From assembly GCF_018350175.1 (NCBI RefSeq), contig NC_058382.1, positions 52,826,001-52,890,000 on the forward strand: 64,000 nucleotides of DNA, given 5' to 3'. This DNA comes from Felis catus. Taxonomy: Eukaryota. The notes under the pieces were generated by a model. The model saw only the letters and a program-made list of their open reading frames with translations. It did not search any database and had not been told where the DNA came from. Positions 59,798 through 64,000 of this stretch are shown one piece after another (position 1 is the first letter of the stretch; each line of letters begins with the position of its first letter). The position numbers and the translations under genes were made by a program.

Positions 59798-62700
59798 CTC
59801 TGGGCTCTTGGGAGCTGTGTTGGTCCCCACATTCTACATGTCTCTCAGATTTTCCCATCGACCAGCACCAACACACCACTGTCTGGGTCATTATAATGAC
59901 CACAGTGGCCAAGCGAGTGATGTGAGGTTGAGCTGAGTCTTAGCGCTTGGTATACAAATGGTGCTTTTCACTAGTTGGGGACGTTCCCATTGGGCAGTCT
60001 ACACTGCTGATCTTTGGAAAAGAGCTTGGCTTCCCAGCTCACTGGGCAGATGTGGGCACAGACTCAGGTTGTGTGTTTTTCTCCTTTGCTGCCTCACCAC
60101 ACAGAACTCTAACTCAATGAACTGGAAATTCCATTGGAAATGTAGCTTTCTCTCCTGAAACTCGATTCTACTCAAGGATGGTTGGTAAAAAGAGAGTTTT
60201 GAAATTTTGATTACAAAGTTATATTGTCTTTATGGTAACTGTTTATACTTAGAAATGTATTATATTCTGCATTTTATTACTGAATCATCACAGTTCCCCC
60301 ATAGTCAGAGGGATTCAGAAGTATCAGCAGAGAGATTGCCAGTAAGAAAGAAGACAAAGTAATTATTCTGGATTGTGGCGATTCTCAGCATTCCTTAAAA
60401 TGATCCCATAGCTACTTCATTTTTCTTTGTAAATGTGAAAATTCCCAGTACATGGTAGATGCTTAGTAAATGTTAGTGTCCTTCCCTGAGAAGGTAAGGC
60501 AACTTTCTTCAATTTTTTTTTTTTGCAAAACTCCAAAGATAGATTCCAAAAATGCAAGTTTTATGTTTTTTTTTTAATTCTAAATTACCATTATTATTTT
60601 AATTTGATCAGGATACAGTGGTCAACTTTGTACAAGGATATTCAGGCTTGGGGATGTCAAGTAGTGTCTTCTGGTCTGTGATACTTTCTGAGGATTTGGA
60701 GCTGAGATTTATTTAAATTCACTTTTTGAAAGAAAATTACCTTATCGCCACTTGTGGCAGAATCAGGACACTTTGTCAGTACTCTGCGAATTCTAAACTG
60801 ATGAGTTCATCTCTCCTCTGGGTATAGAGCCCTGACTTTCAGGTGTGGATAAGGAGGCTCTGTGTCCTGTCAGAGTACAAGTCATGTAGTTGCTATAGAC
60901 TCTTCAGAGCACTGGGAAATCCCATGTCTGAAAGGAAGATGGCAAGAGATACAGCCCAGGGAAGGTGGATCCCTAAGACAGCTCCGGCCTCTGACCTCCT
61001 GATGGCCCCTGAGACCCTCTACTAGGCACAGGATGGGGTAGGAAGGGTTGGGTGGGTGTCTTCACTTTGGAGAGCATAGGGCAGGCATCCTGGTAAGGAG
61101 TGAATCCGGGAGCTCTACAGAATAGCCCAGGGAGATTCCAGAATTCCAAGCCCTTTGGTTGAGTCTTCAAGAGTGACACAGGCTGGTGCTTCTTTCTTCC
61201 AACTAGAAGCATATTGAGCACATAGACATCTGCAGTGTTCTCAGAAGAAGCTTGGCTCTTCCTACGTTCAGAGGAGATAGGCGGAAAGGAGCAAAATGGG
61301 CAGAGAAGAAGGCCACTCACATATCGAAGAGAGCTTATCTCAGCAAACATCACTGTGTTTGACAGTTAAATTGGATGGTTTGTAGGCAGCTCTCGATTTT
61401 CAGAGCCAGTTGGTCCAAGCCTGGAATAACTGGGTTAGGATTTCTTATCTCGTCCCTGTGCTAGAAGAACAAACTTAGAAGTTGGCCAAGAGACAGGAAA
61501 CCAGAATAGGACTCCTTGCTGGACAAGAAGTTCTGGATCATGGGGTTTGACTTCACATTAGGCAAGGAAAAGAATGACCTACAGCCGGCTCTCGGCCCAA
61601 GGCAAGGCCCTATGGCCCTTGAGACTGTGGTCCTGCTGGAAGGGGAGACTTCACTTATTTCTACCAGCACTCTCTCTGGAACTTGGCAGTTTTTCTGCTT
61701 TCTTATTTGCAAGGGTGTCACTCCACAATCACCTCACATAATGTGCAGCCCTTTGTAGTATGCATGTGCATGGGGACCGGGAGATGCTGAACAGCCAGGG
61801 CTTGGAAAGGACAGGAAGTGGTAGGACATTCTGGACCCAACGAGACCTAGAGACCCTCGGCAAGAGGTGATCTTGGATCTGTAGTCAAATGCTCCACCAC
61901 AATGTGGCCCAGCTCCCGGTGGCTCCTCTCCATTCTAGATTTTTCCACTTGCTCATCATTCTTCTGTTTGCTCTTAAATTTGACTTATTCATCCTACTCT
62001 TGGCCTCTTTGATCCCTCTCTATAGTATGACCTCATCTGGTGCTATTGACTCCATCAGATCCCTAAAAGAGAAAAATCTGTTGGGGTCGGCTTGTCTTCC
62101 CAGGCCAGGCCGTTGGTCCCTAGCTAGGCTGTGGACTCTCTGGGCACAATCCACGTGGTGGCCTCCAAGCAACCTAGACTTGCAATCCTAAACATAGCCT
62201 GTGGATGACACATTGGAAGGTTGAGAGGAAGCGGGACATCACAGTACATTGGAGACTTTCTCCAGCACAGCAATGCAAAAACTGTACAGTGGCAGGAATT
62301 CTGCAGCTGGGTTGCCTCCATGAGGCTCAGTTTTATGTCCGGGTTAGATAAAAGACACGTTTTGCAAAGCACTGTGGGTCTGGCTCTGGGGCAGTGGGCC
62401 GCATTTATGAAAGGCCTCATCTTCCATTGGTGAACGCTGCAGAGGCCAACCTCACGGTCGTAAGCAAGTATTCTCTGAGCCGCTGCATGTATGCAGAGTC
62501 AGAGAAATGCCAACCTAAAGAAGCATAATGCTTTCTTTGGGGGTTTCTTTTTGAAAGTAAAAGGGGTTTTCTAACTTGATCCTGTGGAGACCACTTTAGT
62601 TTCCATTTTTCTCAGATGATACCATCTAGAGAGGGGCTCCTTTCATTGTGGCTACATCATTTGTCAGCCATGTGGTCCGTGTTTAGAACCACATAATACT

Positions 62701-62854
62701 TATTAATTACCACAATTAGGACTTCTTGTGGGCTGCCAGGACTACCTCAGATCTACTCCAAATATTCAAAAGGGATTCGTAGCCTACCTACCAGCAATGA
62801 CAGTATAAGCCCAGGATGCAACCGGACCCCCATCCTTTAAAGCTGAATGCGCAT

Positions 62855-63038
62855 GGGGCGCCTGGGTGGCTCAGTCGGTTAAGCGTCCAACTCTTGATAT
62901 TGGCTCAGGTTGTGATCTCACAGTCATGAGATCCAGCCCGGAGTTGGGCTCCACGCTGAGTGTGGAGCCTGCTCGGAATCCTCTCTCCTTCTCTTTCTGC
63001 CCCTCCCCAGCTCACTCGCGCACGTGCACACGCACTCC

Positions 63039-63084
<46 letters not shown>

Positions 63085-63105
63085 ATAAATGTATAAACTT
63101 CAGAA
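62855..63105 (+). mobile_element. Carnivore SINE with long (CT)n
   Basis: GGGGCGCCTGGGTGGCTCAGTCGGTTAAGCG...; decayed TSD CTGAATGCGCAT / CTGAATGAACAT. Confidence 0.95.
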
Positions 63106-63409
63106 AATGTCTGAATGAACATATTGATCACTTCTTTCCCAAAGTATGCTTCCTATTAGAACATTACTTATTTTTTTTTGTCCTGATGTTTAATGTAATA
63201 AGAGAGTATATGATTAACTCCATGTACGTTGAATATAGCCGTTATCAGGAATGGAAGCAATTCCATTTTGCCAGAGTTAGAGTGCTTTCGTGTCCTTTCT
63301 TTTATGTAATTCATAGCATTCTCCTGTTACCAATACCCCATACCAAGAATTGTAAATGCAGTTTTTCATCAGGAAGACAGAGGGTGGTGGGTACATAGGG
63401 TAGCTCTTT

Positions 63410-63545
63410 CATTTTCTAGCTGTGTGACAGATCTCTTCACTTTTTTGGAATCTATGCACTTCTGTGTAATACCGAGATGTTAGTTACCCATCTTATAAGA
63501 TTCCTTGTACTGATTAGAAATAATATTTATAGTTTTTGGCGAATG
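63410..63545 (+). mobile_element. MIR fragment
   Basis: CTAGCTGTGTGAC...TGTGTAATACCGAGATGTTAG...GATTAGAAATAAT. Confidence 0.5.
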
Positions 63546-64000
63546 GTTGATGACAAACGATCATTATCGCTAATCTTCAAGGTACCAATATTTATAAAAT
63601 ACGAACAGCAATTAATTCTTTGAATTGGGGCACTTTTTAAATATTTCCCAGTCTCTCAAATTTCCAGGGTGGGTAAACAGATGACCACTTTGGTTGCTCA
63701 GACCTTGCAAAACTTCGTGGCCTTTGCTCGTTTTCCCTGGGAAGGGGGTTTTCACATCACACCTGGGGAGTGATTTTGTCTTCACTGCCCCTATTGTCAT
63801 GGTGGCTGTGGGGGCGGCTCATTGGGGGCTTGGGTGCCTGAGAAAAGGAGTAAAAAACCCAACTGTGAAAACCCAAGAGAAACCGAAAGACCAGAACACT
63901 GGAAAAAAAAAAAGAGAGAGAGAGAGAGCTTCAGGACTGAAGCGGTTAAGGAACCGGCTTCAACAGGAAGTGGGCAGAAAATGCTGTTTTCAGTACGCTC

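Noticed and set aside
61000..62300. Possible old ERVL/MaLR-type LTR remnants
   Set aside because: Too degraded to support a family or boundaries without a search.
1..64000. A previously undescribed multi-gene system, CRISPR array or prokaryote-like operon
   Set aside because: No intact genes and no regularly spaced repeat-spacer array. The recurring sequences I could identify are known eutherian or carnivore transposons and simple repeats.

Overview
This is mammalian, almost certainly felid, non-coding DNA (intergenic or deep intronic). The assignment rests on 16 tRNA-derived carnivore SINEs, several matching the felid SINEC_Fc type as I recall it, and a 2.9-kb 5'-truncated carnivore/felid L1. 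I find no intact protein-coding gene, RNA gene or CRISPR array. The only protein-like ORFs are frameshifted pieces of L1 ORF2; the other ORFs are repeat-derived or unrecognisable. The window holds many ancient eutherian repeats (MIR, L2, L1M, about 11 MLT1/MaLR solo LTRs, MER119, MER58A, MER20, MER53, MADE2). Between them lie repeat-free, motif-rich blocks that look like enhancers or promoters, as in gene deserts near developmental genes. The best-supported observations are structural: nested insertions with readable target-site duplications (TSDs), a tandem SINE pair bounded by three copies of one TSD, two identical young SINEs, and a doubled MER53 hairpin. I see no evidence for a new biological system. 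Repeat family names come from recalled consensus sequences, not a search, and boundaries of old repeats are approximate.
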